A DNA stretch of 64,000 bases, taken from Candidatus Yonathbacteria bacterium (GTDB taxonomy: Bacteria > Patescibacteriota > Minisyncoccia > Phycocordibacterales > JACNGX01). Positions 56,482 to 64,000 of this stretch are shown here, one piece after another. The notes beneath the pieces are model-generated. The model ran no database searches. It was not told the origin of the DNA and saw nothing but the letters and a program-made list of their open reading frames with translations. Location of the stretch: assembly GCA_013334825.1 (NCBI GenBank), contig JAAXWR010000003.1, positions 101,167 through 165,166 on the forward strand, written 5' to 3'. Position numbers and translations under genes: made by a program. Within the stretch, counting starts at the first letter, position 1; each line of letters opens with the position of its first letter.

Positions 56482-58251
56482 ATGTCCATTTTCTTTTTGC
56501 AACAACATATATATGTTAACCGTGTCGCATCACATCGACGTGGTTTCTCTCTTATTGATATCGTTGTTGGTACTGCACTTTTTTTACTTGTATTTGTATC
56601 AATTGCGGGTGTATTTCGTTTAAGTGTTGCATTGGTTGCAGAAAGTAAGGCGCGTATCGGAGCTCTTTCACTTGCACAAGAAACAGTGGAATTTGTTCGT
56701 AGTATGTCATATGGCGATGTTGGTGTTGTGGGAGGTATCCCTGCAGGGGAATTACCCCAATCAGAAACAATTACGATGAATGGTGTTTCGTATACGCGGA
56801 GAATACTCGTTCTTTATGATGATAATCCTGCAGACGGAGTTGGTGATGATGATGAAAATGGTATTACGACTGATAATAAACGTTTTTCCGTGAGTGTTTC
56901 ATGGGAATCACGGGGAATGTCTCGTTCTGTGCGTTTAGTGTCCACTATTGTTCCTCAGGGAATTGAAACAAGTGCAGGAGGAGGGACTCTTATTGTGAAT
57001 GTTGCAGATGCTTCCCTTTATCCTCTTGCAGACGTGACAGTGCATATAGAGAATGCATCAGTATCTCCTTCTGTTTCAATGGATGTTTTTACGAATAGTC
57101 AGGGAAGAGTTATGGTAGATGGTGCACCATCTGCTGGAGAATATGAAATAGTTGTTTCAAAAGATGGTTATTCTACTGTTCGTACATATGATGTCTCAGA
57201 AGAACTTTCTGCTCCATCTCCTGGACATGCATCAATCCTTGAAGGACAAAGCACTGTGGTGAGTTTTCAAACTGATCGTGTTTCTTCTCTGAATATATAT
57301 ACACGTAAACCACTTGAACCATGGAGTCTTGAAGATATGCTTGAGGATAGTAATCTTCTTGCTGCTACAACAGGTGTCACTGTTTCTGGGGGACATGCCA
57401 CGCTTGCCAGTAATGGTATGGGCGGACATGTCCTTACCGGGACGGTTCTTTCAAACACTATTGCTCCTTCATATTTATCATCATGGGAATCTTTTGATTG
57501 GGATGCGTTAGAACCGGTGGGTACATCAATCGTGTGGCATGTGTATGAAGAAAACGGAGGAAATCCCGTATTGTTATCCGAAGAAGTATTACCTGGAAAC
57601 ACAGAAGGATTTACGTCTGGACCGATTAATATCTCGAGTGTTTCTGCTAGTTTGTATCCAAAACTTCGTATTGGGGCTGAGTTCTCTACAAATAATGAGG
57701 TTTATACTCCCACTCTTTATGATTGGTCGCTCTCAACAATTGTTGGACCTGTTCCTTTAGGGGATGTTCCTTTTACGATAGTGGGAAGAAAAACAAAAGG
57801 AACAGATGACGGTATTCCTGTTTCGATTATTGAACGTAATGAGATAACAAATAGTGCAGGATTTTTCTCTGTTGGGGATTTATTGTGGGATATGTATGAT
57901 ATTGTTACAGGGGGGGCATATGATATTGCTGATTCATGTGTCCCTGATCCTTATAATCTTGCTCCCGACGAACATCCAGACGTGTCACTTATTGTAGTAC
58001 CGCATACAGCTCACTCTTTACGTATTTCTGTGTTTGGAAATGGTGATGTCCCGCTTGAGGGTGCGTCAGTACGAGTGAATGGTGTCGGATATGATGAGAC
58101 CATAGTTTCTTCTTCGTGCGGGCAAGTATTTTTTGTGCTTCCAGGGAGCGGAACATATACCTATACTATTTCAGCAACCGGATATGAGGTATTGTCAGAG
58201 ACTGTATCAGTTTCTGGGACGGTGACTCTTTCAAAATCGTTGGACCATTGA
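56482..58251 (+). CDS. Large prepilin-like (class III signal) minor pilin with carboxypeptidase-regulatory-like beta-sandwich domains.
   Basis: N-terminal RRGFSLIDIVVGTALFLLVFVSIAG prepilin cleavage/methylation motif. It is followed by TLIVNVADASLYPLADVTVHI...EYEIVVSKDGYSTV repeats. Confidence 0.7.
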   Translation: MSIFFLQQHIYVNRVASHRRGFSLIDIVVGTALFLLVFVSIAGVFRLSVALVAESKARIGALSLAQETVEFVRSMSYGDVGVVGGIPAGELPQSETITMNGVSYTRRILVLYDDNPADGVGDDDENGITTDNKRFSVSVSWESRGMSRSVRLVSTIVPQGIETSAGGGTLIVNVADASLYPLADVTVHIENASVSPSVSMDVFTNSQGRVMVDGAPSAGEYEIVVSKDGYSTVRTYDVSEELSAPSPGHASILEGQSTVVSFQTDRVSSLNIYTRKPLEPWSLEDMLEDSNLLAATTGVTVSGGHATLASNGMGGHVLTGTVLSNTIAPSYLSSWESFDWDALEPVGTSIVWHVYEENGGNPVLLSEEVLPGNTEGFTSGPINISSVSASLYPKLRIGAEFSTNNEVYTPTLYDWSLSTIVGPVPLGDVPFTIVGRKTKGTDDGIPVSIIERNEITNSAGFFSVGDLLWDMYDIVTGGAYDIADSCVPDPYNLAPDEHPDVSLIVVPHTAHSLRISVFGNGDVPLEGASVRVNGVGYDETIVSSSCGQVFFVLPGSGTYTYTISATGYEVLSETVSVSGTVTLSKSLDH

Positions 58252-58892
58252 TGACTTTTGTATTTATGACACTATTTTTTTTGTATTCTATGCGAGCCAT
58301 GCATCATTCAAGAGGGTTAAGTATTGTAGAAACTATTGTTACTGTTGCGGCAGCGACAGTTGTGCTTATTGGGTTGATATCGTTCGTTCTCTCATTGTAT
58401 AGGACAAATATATATGCAGTTGAACAATCTTTTGCTATTAACAGTGCTCGGCGTGGCATCGAACGTATGGTACGTGACATGCGTGAAGCGACGTATTCTG
58501 ATGAAGGAGCTTTTCCTATTATTTTTGCAAGTCCGTATGAATTTTATTTTTACAGTGATGTTGATAGAGATGATAATGTAGAACGTGTTAGATTTTATAT
58601 TGAAAATGGGTTACTGAAACGCGCGCAAACAAAAGCAGTAGGTATACCGCCCACTTATCCAGGAAACGCGGATACAACATCTCTTGTTTCTGATCATGTG
58701 CGCAATGTTGTGAACACCATACCTATGTTTCGATATTATGATACGGCGGGAAATGAAGTAAGTAATCTTTCTCATGTTACTGACATTGCTTTTGTTGTTG
58801 TACATATGATTGTGGATATTAATCCATACCGTCTCCCAAATGATTTTGTATTGCAATCGAGTGCGTCACTACGAAATCTTTCTGAAAATTAA
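58248..58892 (+). CDS. Prepilin-type minor pilin / pseudopilin.
   Basis: SRGLSIVETIVTVAAATVVLIGLISFVL N-terminal motif. Its ATGA overlaps the upstream gene, which implies an operon. Confidence 0.7.
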   Translation: MMTFVFMTLFFLYSMRAMHHSRGLSIVETIVTVAAATVVLIGLISFVLSLYRTNIYAVEQSFAINSARRGIERMVRDMREATYSDEGAFPIIFASPYEFYFYSDVDRDDNVERVRFYIENGLLKRAQTKAVGIPPTYPGNADTTSLVSDHVRNVVNTIPMFRYYDTAGNEVSNLSHVTDIAFVVVHMIVDINPYRLPNDFVLQSSASLRNLSEN

Positions 58893-58895
58893 AAA

Positions 58896-60362
58896 ATGCT
58901 TTCGTTGCATGTTGGTTTCACGGTATACTTATATATATTATTTATGAAATTTATTTTTTCGTATGCAAAAAGAAACATAGGATATGTCTCAATGTTTGTT
59001 GTTGTGTTTGGAGGTGTATTTTTGACTATAATGTCAGGAATGGTTGGTTTTATTTCTTTACAAAAAAAAGCAACAGAGAGCAAAGAAGCAGGTGAGAGTG
59101 CAATTCAAATTGCTGAAGCAGGGCTTGATTATTATCGGTGGCACTTGGCACATTATCCCAATGATATGCAAGATGGCACAGGAGTTTCTGGCCCGTATAC
59201 ACATGAGTATTATGATCCTGAAGGAGGTCTTATGGGAAGTTACACGCTTGATATATCGGGGAACGTTGCTTGTGGTACGTTGACGTCTGTTGAGGTGCGT
59301 TCAACTGGAAGAACGGTCACCTATCCTCATATTGAAAGAACAACATATGGGAAATATGCACGTCCGTCTGTTGCTGAATATGCATATATTGTAAATGACA
59401 ATGTGTGGGCAGGAGATGATCGTGTGATTCTTGGGCGTTACCATGCAAATGGCGGTATTCGTATGGATGGAACAAATCAATCTCTTGTTACATCGGGTGT
59501 TTCTACATGGTCATGCACAGCTTCATTTGGCTGTAATCCAACACGGACAAAAGCAGGTATTTTTGGTGACGGATCAGGAAGTGCCTTATGGGAATATCCA
59601 GCAGAAACAGTTGATTTTACAGGGTTAGCGCTTAATCTTGGAAATTTGAAAACATCAGTTCAGAATGGAGGAGGATTGTATTTTAGTGTGCAGTCGACAC
59701 AGTGGAATACGCTTGGATACCATTTACTTTTTAATGCAAATGGTACAGTGACAGTGTATCGAGTGACACGAACAGATGATATACAAAGTTATACAACAGA
59801 AGAAGGATGGGAATATTTAGATGAGACAATTGATAGACAAAGTTTAGTAGGGACATACACAATTCCTTCGGGGTGTTCAGTTATCTACGTAGAAGATAAT
59901 GTGTGGATAGAAGGGACTGTACGAGGGAAAGTTACTCTTATTGCTGCTAATACTGTAATATCAAATATTGATGCGAACGTATATCTCATTGATGATATAC
60001 TGTATACGACACCTGATGGTTCAGACGGACTTACGATTGTGGGTGAAAATGATGTACTTATTCCCTATGATGTCCCGTATAACATGGACTTACATGGAGT
60101 ATTTATTGCGCAAAAGGGGAGGTTTGGACGTAATCATTATGACCATGGTTCAAGAGATATACGGGGAATTTTGACGATGCATGGAAGCACTGTATCGTTT
60201 AAGCGTGTGGGGACAAAATGGATGAGTGGAAACACACATATATCTGGTTTTGTTGAGCGCTATGATTCATATGATAGAAAACTTGCAACCGATGCGCCAC
60301 CATTTACTCCCTATGTCGATGACGAATATCGGTTTGTTGAATGGCGTGAAATGGACAAATGA
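58896..60362 (+). CDS. PilX-like pilus-associated protein (N-terminal hydrophobic anchor).
   Basis: N-terminal NIGYVSMFVVVFGGVFLTIMSGMVGF resembles PilX N-terminal domains. It is followed by a large extracellular region. Confidence 0.5.
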   Translation: MLSLHVGFTVYLYILFMKFIFSYAKRNIGYVSMFVVVFGGVFLTIMSGMVGFISLQKKATESKEAGESAIQIAEAGLDYYRWHLAHYPNDMQDGTGVSGPYTHEYYDPEGGLMGSYTLDISGNVACGTLTSVEVRSTGRTVTYPHIERTTYGKYARPSVAEYAYIVNDNVWAGDDRVILGRYHANGGIRMDGTNQSLVTSGVSTWSCTASFGCNPTRTKAGIFGDGSGSALWEYPAETVDFTGLALNLGNLKTSVQNGGGLYFSVQSTQWNTLGYHLLFNANGTVTVYRVTRTDDIQSYTTEEGWEYLDETIDRQSLVGTYTIPSGCSVIYVEDNVWIEGTVRGKVTLIAANTVISNIDANVYLIDDILYTTPDGSDGLTIVGENDVLIPYDVPYNMDLHGVFIAQKGRFGRNHYDHGSRDIRGILTMHGSTVSFKRVGTKWMSGNTHISGFVERYDSYDRKLATDAPPFTPYVDDEYRFVEWREMDK

Positions 60363-60413
60363 CACCTCTCTGTGGATGGCGTGATATGAAAAAATGAGTC
60401 ATACTTATGGTGT

Positions 60414-61505
60414 ATGCACATGCGAATACTGAGTATGTTTCGAAATATATATACAATCGTCATTGTGATGACGATTATATTGTGGTCAGGAGGAGTTTTT
60501 GCAAAAGAAACGGGGAGTATTCCTCTTAAGTCTGACACTCCATCTTCATCCTCTTCATCATACGAACTTCTTGAGCCTTCGCTTATTGGTGGAACAGAAA
60601 CGACTAACGCTTCAAACTATTTTGAAACAATATATGTATATGCTATTGGTGCCGCAGGTGTCCTCGCTGTTCTCATGTTTGCAATCGGTGGCATTCAGTA
60701 TATGTTCGGTGGCGCAAACCCCGCATCAAAGTCAAAAGGTGTCGCGCATATGTCCAATGCCGTATGGGGTATTATTCTTGCTCTCTCCGCGTATCTTATT
60801 TTGAATACTATCAATCCTGATTTGGTAGATTTACAAGTGACACTTCCTGAGGCGAGTATTGATGCGGAATATGCTCCTCCGCCTGCTGGAGATGTAGGAG
60901 AAAGTACTTCTGATATTCCTTCTACTGTTCCCACCGCCCTTCCTTCAGGGTGTAAAAATTATGTTGCCACGTTCAAGTCAATTGCGTCATCGACGGGCGT
61001 AAGCGGGTGTTTGCTATATGGTATTGCTTCTCAAGAATCTGGATGCAATCCAAATGCACAGAGTTCTTCAGGAGCGTGTGGTATGATGCAATTTTTACCA
61101 AAAACAGCAGGACAGAGTTGTGATTGGCTCAAAACACATCCAGAAGGAAGTATTTCACTTGCGGCACAGTATCTTTCGAGAAGTCGAAATGCTCTTGCGC
61201 GATATACAATGTTTAATATTGGAAGTAGATATACACAATCGAATACATCTGTTACTGTCGGTTCATATATTTACGATGCGGGAAACGACGATCTTATTGC
61301 TTCGTATAATGCAGGATATGGTACCAAATCAAGTAATGGAGGAAAGGGACCGTTTGCAGTTTCTGATTCATGTGCGTCCCGTAATGGAACGATTCCCGTG
61401 TGGCAATGTGATATAAACACTGCAGGATATGCACAAACACGCAATTATGTTCGTCGCGTTCAAACATATCAAGATCAGTGTGAATCATCAGGGGTACTGA
61501 AATAA
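60414..61505 (+). CDS. Secreted two-TM (VirB2/TrbC-like hairpin) module fused to a lytic transglycosylase (SLT) domain.
   Basis: Signal peptide. The module ...FETIYVYAIGAAGVLAVLMFAIGGIQYMFGGANPASKSKG...AVWGIILALSAYLILNTINP can be compared with VirB2 AIGISWMFGRASLG. The C-terminal SLT motifs are QESGCNPNAQSSSGACGMMQF and YNAG. Confidence 0.7.
   Translation: MHMRILSMFRNIYTIVIVMTIILWSGGVFAKETGSIPLKSDTPSSSSSSYELLEPSLIGGTETTNASNYFETIYVYAIGAAGVLAVLMFAIGGIQYMFGGANPASKSKGVAHMSNAVWGIILALSAYLILNTINPDLVDLQVTLPEASIDAEYAPPPAGDVGESTSDIPSTVPTALPSGCKNYVATFKSIASSTGVSGCLLYGIASQESGCNPNAQSSSGACGMMQFLPKTAGQSCDWLKTHPEGSISLAAQYLSRSRNALARYTMFNIGSRYTQSNTSVTVGSYIYDAGNDDLIASYNAGYGTKSSNGGKGPFAVSDSCASRNGTIPVWQCDINTAGYAQTRNYVRRVQTYQDQCESSGVLK
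60528..60869 (+). repeat. 342-bp segment duplicated at about 61890-62231 (about 99.7% identical, 1 mismatch seen). It encodes the shared N-terminal module of the two hydrolase paralogs.
   Basis: Direct comparison of the two DNA segments gave a single C/T difference. Confidence 0.85.
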
Positions 61506-61553
61506 GATATGATTTGTATTTAGATATTTTATTATTTAATTATAGTTACTTTT

Positions 61554-62750
61554 ATGTTGCGAACCCATCTTTCTGTTTTTTTCTCCGGGCTGATTGCATG
61601 TTTGTTTTTTTTACCCGGTATTCTTTCTGCCGCAATTGTTTGGGAATTATATGACGTGTCTTCGAAGGCAACACTTGGAACGTATGATTCGTATACACAA
61701 TGTGATATTGCGCGTTCTTCTCGAAATATGGCTGGAGGAAATACCTCTTGTCGTTCTGTCAATACGCCAATTACTCCTGGTGAATCGTCATTATCGAATA
61801 TGCAAACAGAATTAGAAGACGCATTAGGTGAAAGCGCGAGAGTCAATTTGATATCTGAGCAACAGAAGACAAGTGGAGATACCGATCTCAAGTCTGACAC
61901 TCCATCTTCATCCTCTTCATCATATGAACTTCTTGAGCCTTCGCTTATTGGTGGAACAGAAACGACTAACGCTTCAAACTATTTTGAAACAATATATGTA
62001 TATGCTATTGGTGCCGCAGGTGTCCTCGCTGTTCTCATGTTTGCAATCGGTGGCATTCAGTATATGTTCGGTGGCGCAAACCCCGCATCAAAGTCAAAAG
62101 GTGTCGCGCATATGTCCAATGCCGTATGGGGTATTATTCTTGCTCTCTCCGCGTATCTTATTTTGAATACTATCAATCCTGATTTGGTAGATTTACAAGT
62201 GACACTTCCTGAGGCGAGTATTGATGCGGAAGAAGGAGAAGATTATGACGCAGAAGCGCCTACGGAAGCGGCTGGGTATTCTCCCACAGAAACAAACTCT
62301 TCAGGAGGTGGGTCATGTGGAGGTATGGTTGTTACTTCTGCAGTTCAGACGCAGTGTTCTTTGGCATCATCCGCGCTTTCAAGCATGCTTTCATGTATGC
62401 ATGCACGAGGTGTGACAGCGACTGTTACATCACTTACGTCAAGTAGAGTAGGGTCTGATCTTAGTGCATCACGTGCATGCTGTGGAAATGCAAGTTGTGT
62501 GCATGCGACGAACAGTTGTCATTACGGATGTGAGTACGGCTCATTTGCAGGAGAGCCAGGGTATTCTCATGCGGTGGATATTGCTATCAATGGTATGTCA
62601 CAAACAGAGTGGTGTGCTATCGCGAGTGCGGCGAAAAGTTGTGGGTCAGGAACAATATGGGGACCTGCGGATGCGTGTTCTGGTGCGGTCAAATATTGGG
62701 AAGGACATGGGACGCATTTACATGTAAGTACACGAAGTTGTAATCACTAG
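61554..62750 (+). CDS. Paralog carrying the same two-TM module fused to a Cys-rich M15-like (Hedgehog/DD-peptidase fold) zinc peptidase domain.
   Basis: The N-terminal 114 aa are identical to those of 60414-61505. The C-terminal ...SHAVDIAING...EGHGTHLHV is consistent with the H-x6-D / H-x-H zinc site of M15 peptidases. It has many Cys residues. Confidence 0.6.
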   Translation: MLRTHLSVFFSGLIACLFFLPGILSAAIVWELYDVSSKATLGTYDSYTQCDIARSSRNMAGGNTSCRSVNTPITPGESSLSNMQTELEDALGESARVNLISEQQKTSGDTDLKSDTPSSSSSSYELLEPSLIGGTETTNASNYFETIYVYAIGAAGVLAVLMFAIGGIQYMFGGANPASKSKGVAHMSNAVWGIILALSAYLILNTINPDLVDLQVTLPEASIDAEEGEDYDAEAPTEAAGYSPTETNSSGGGSCGGMVVTSAVQTQCSLASSALSSMLSCMHARGVTATVTSLTSSRVGSDLSASRACCGNASCVHATNSCHYGCEYGSFAGEPGYSHAVDIAINGMSQTEWCAIASAAKSCGSGTIWGPADACSGAVKYWEGHGTHLHVSTRSCNH

Positions 62751-62782
62751 ATTTTTTACACAGCACCAAGCACTCACCGTAG

Positions 62783-63643
62783 GTGGGTGCTTTTGTATTG
62801 AGAAAGAAATTTTTGCGCAGAGAAGTCTTGGAGTGGTATACTACAGACATGCAGACACCCACTTCTCCACAAGTAAAACGTCTTGTCGTCGCGAATTGGA
62901 AAATGAATCCAGAGACAAAAAAAGAAGCAGAAATGCTCGCGCGCATGTCTGTTAAGATTGGTACAGGATTGAAACGTTCAGAATTGGTGATATGTCCGCC
63001 GTTTCCTTTTCTTGGGCTCTCCGCGTATATGCGTATGCCAAAAAGTATTTCACTTGGTGTGCAAGATGTATACCCTGAGCGCGCGGGTGCGCGCACGGGA
63101 GAAGTATCACTTTCCATGGTCAAAGACATGAAAGCACGGTACGTTATTGTGGGACATTCGGAGCGTCGCGCGGGAGGAGAGACTGATGCATTGGTATCCA
63201 AGAAAGCGCGCGCGGTTATTGCTGCTGGTATGCGTCCGATTGTATGTGTTGGCGAAACATCACGCGATGGCGATGCGAAGTATTTACGCATACTTCGTGA
63301 ACAGCTTCTTGAATCTCTTGCGGGCATTTCAAAAAACAATGCAAGTACGCTTATCGTTGCATATGAACCAGTATGGGCAGTGGGAGCATCTGTCGCCGAT
63401 GACCCGCATGAAACAGCGGAAACGATACTTTTTATACGAAAGACGCTTGCCGATATGTTTTCTGAGCGTATTGCGCTTACCATTCCTATTCTCTATGGAG
63501 GAGCGGTATCTGATAAAAACGCCGCGGCATTTCTCGCCCATGCTGGTGTACAAGGGCTTCTCCTTGGTCGTTCAGGACGTGACAGCAAACAGCTCGCAGG
63601 TATTATAAAAGCTTCTGAACTCACACCGTTTCCTCAGATATGA
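62783..63643 (+). CDS. tpiA: Triosephosphate isomerase.
   Basis: VVANWKMN, catalytic IVGHSERR and a AYEPVWAVG motif. The likely start is M at about 62849. Confidence 0.93.
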   Translation: MGAFVLRKKFLRREVLEWYTTDMQTPTSPQVKRLVVANWKMNPETKKEAEMLARMSVKIGTGLKRSELVICPPFPFLGLSAYMRMPKSISLGVQDVYPERAGARTGEVSLSMVKDMKARYVIVGHSERRAGGETDALVSKKARAVIAAGMRPIVCVGETSRDGDAKYLRILREQLLESLAGISKNNASTLIVAYEPVWAVGASVADDPHETAETILFIRKTLADMFSERIALTIPILYGGAVSDKNAAAFLAHAGVQGLLLGRSGRDSKQLAGIIKASELTPFPQI

Positions 63644-63652
63644 CACATACCA

Positions 63653-64000
63653 TGTCTACACTTCCTTCCATCGCACGAGTGAAACAATTAAAAGGCAAAC
63701 GTGTACTTGTGCGTGCCGAGCTCAACGTCCCCCTCACACATGGGAAGGTGTCCGATCCGTATCGTATTATCCAGACTATACCGACCATAACATTTTTGAA
63801 ACGCGCTGGCGCAAAGGTCATTGTTATCGCGCATATTGGACGTGACCCACAAGGGACACTTAAACCAGTTGCGCGGTATATGAATAGAAAGACAGCGATT
63901 GGGTTTGTGCCAGAACTCTTTGGTCCTCGCGTGGACAAGATTATTGCTGATATGAAAAATGGATCGGCGGTATTACTGGAGAACCTTCGGGGTACACAAG
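63653..64000 (+). CDS. pgk: Phosphoglycerate kinase (5' partial, running off the window).
   Basis: MSTLPSIARVKQLKGKRVLVRAELNVPL...IQTIPTITFL...AKVIVIAHIGRD matches the PGK N-terminus. There is no stop codon in the window, so it is absent from the ORF track. Confidence 0.9.

Noticed and set aside
63621-63938. 105-aa minus-strand ORF at the window end.
   Set aside because: It overlaps the clear N-terminus of phosphoglycerate kinase on the plus strand.
1-64000. CRISPR arrays, rRNA genes, IS transposases, phage structural genes.
   Set aside because: No regularly spaced direct repeats with unique spacers were seen. The tandem repeats present are low-complexity heptamers or degenerate. No rRNA-like conserved stretches or transposase/phage motifs were seen in any ORF.

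Overview
This is a 64-kb chromosomal window at about 43% GC that looks like a small-genome, CPR/Patescibacteria-like bacterium; that assignment is inference only. Supporting hints are the many TrmB-type regulators, three of five tRNA genes without an encoded CCA alongside a CCA-adding enzyme, a type IV pilus cluster, dense low-complexity intergenic repeats and many short hypothetical membrane proteins. Coordinates of features I located by hand are approximate to within a few bases.

Recognisable housekeeping genes are pnp (PNPase), rpsO, rny (RNase Y), nusA, clpP, tig, ppa, hup (HU), xth, cca, tpiA and pgk (partial), plus a YifB/ComM ATPase, an MscS channel, an ECF sigma factor, three TrmB-like and two XRE-like regulators, and a XerC/D-type tyrosine recombinase. 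The window also holds five tRNA genes: Arg-TCG, Gly-GCC, Pro-TGG, Gly-TCC and Arg-CCG.

Four things stand out:
- **tRNA-linked repeats.** A family of nested, MITE-like elements with long hairpins sits at three loci, always next to the 3' ends of the tRNA-Gly, tRNA-Arg and tRNA-Pro genes. The tRNA 3'-terminal 12-16 nt recur in sense and antisense, and several hairpins carry compensatory base-pair changes.
- **A structured 'X' element.** It occurs in three copies of about 90 nt with covarying stems.
- **A pilus cluster ending in two swapped-domain paralogs.** pilB, pilC and three prepilin-like genes are followed by two tandem genes. They share a 342-bp, about 99.7% identical 5' module encoding a VirB2/TrbC-like double transmembrane hairpin, and carry different C-terminal cell-wall hydrolase domains, one an SLT lytic transglycosylase and one M15-like. 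This resembles a polymorphic, swappable-warhead effector arrangement.
- **Other repeat families.** These include REP-like palindromes, palindrome-plus-motif elements at 1-80, 44985-45060 and 53048-53095, short terminal-inverted-repeat elements flanking yraN, TTTCACATGAAA palindromes inside the yraN coding sequence, and duplicated consensus promoters.

Two ORF-poor stretches, 24616-25396 and 26977-27638, may hold unannotated ncRNAs.
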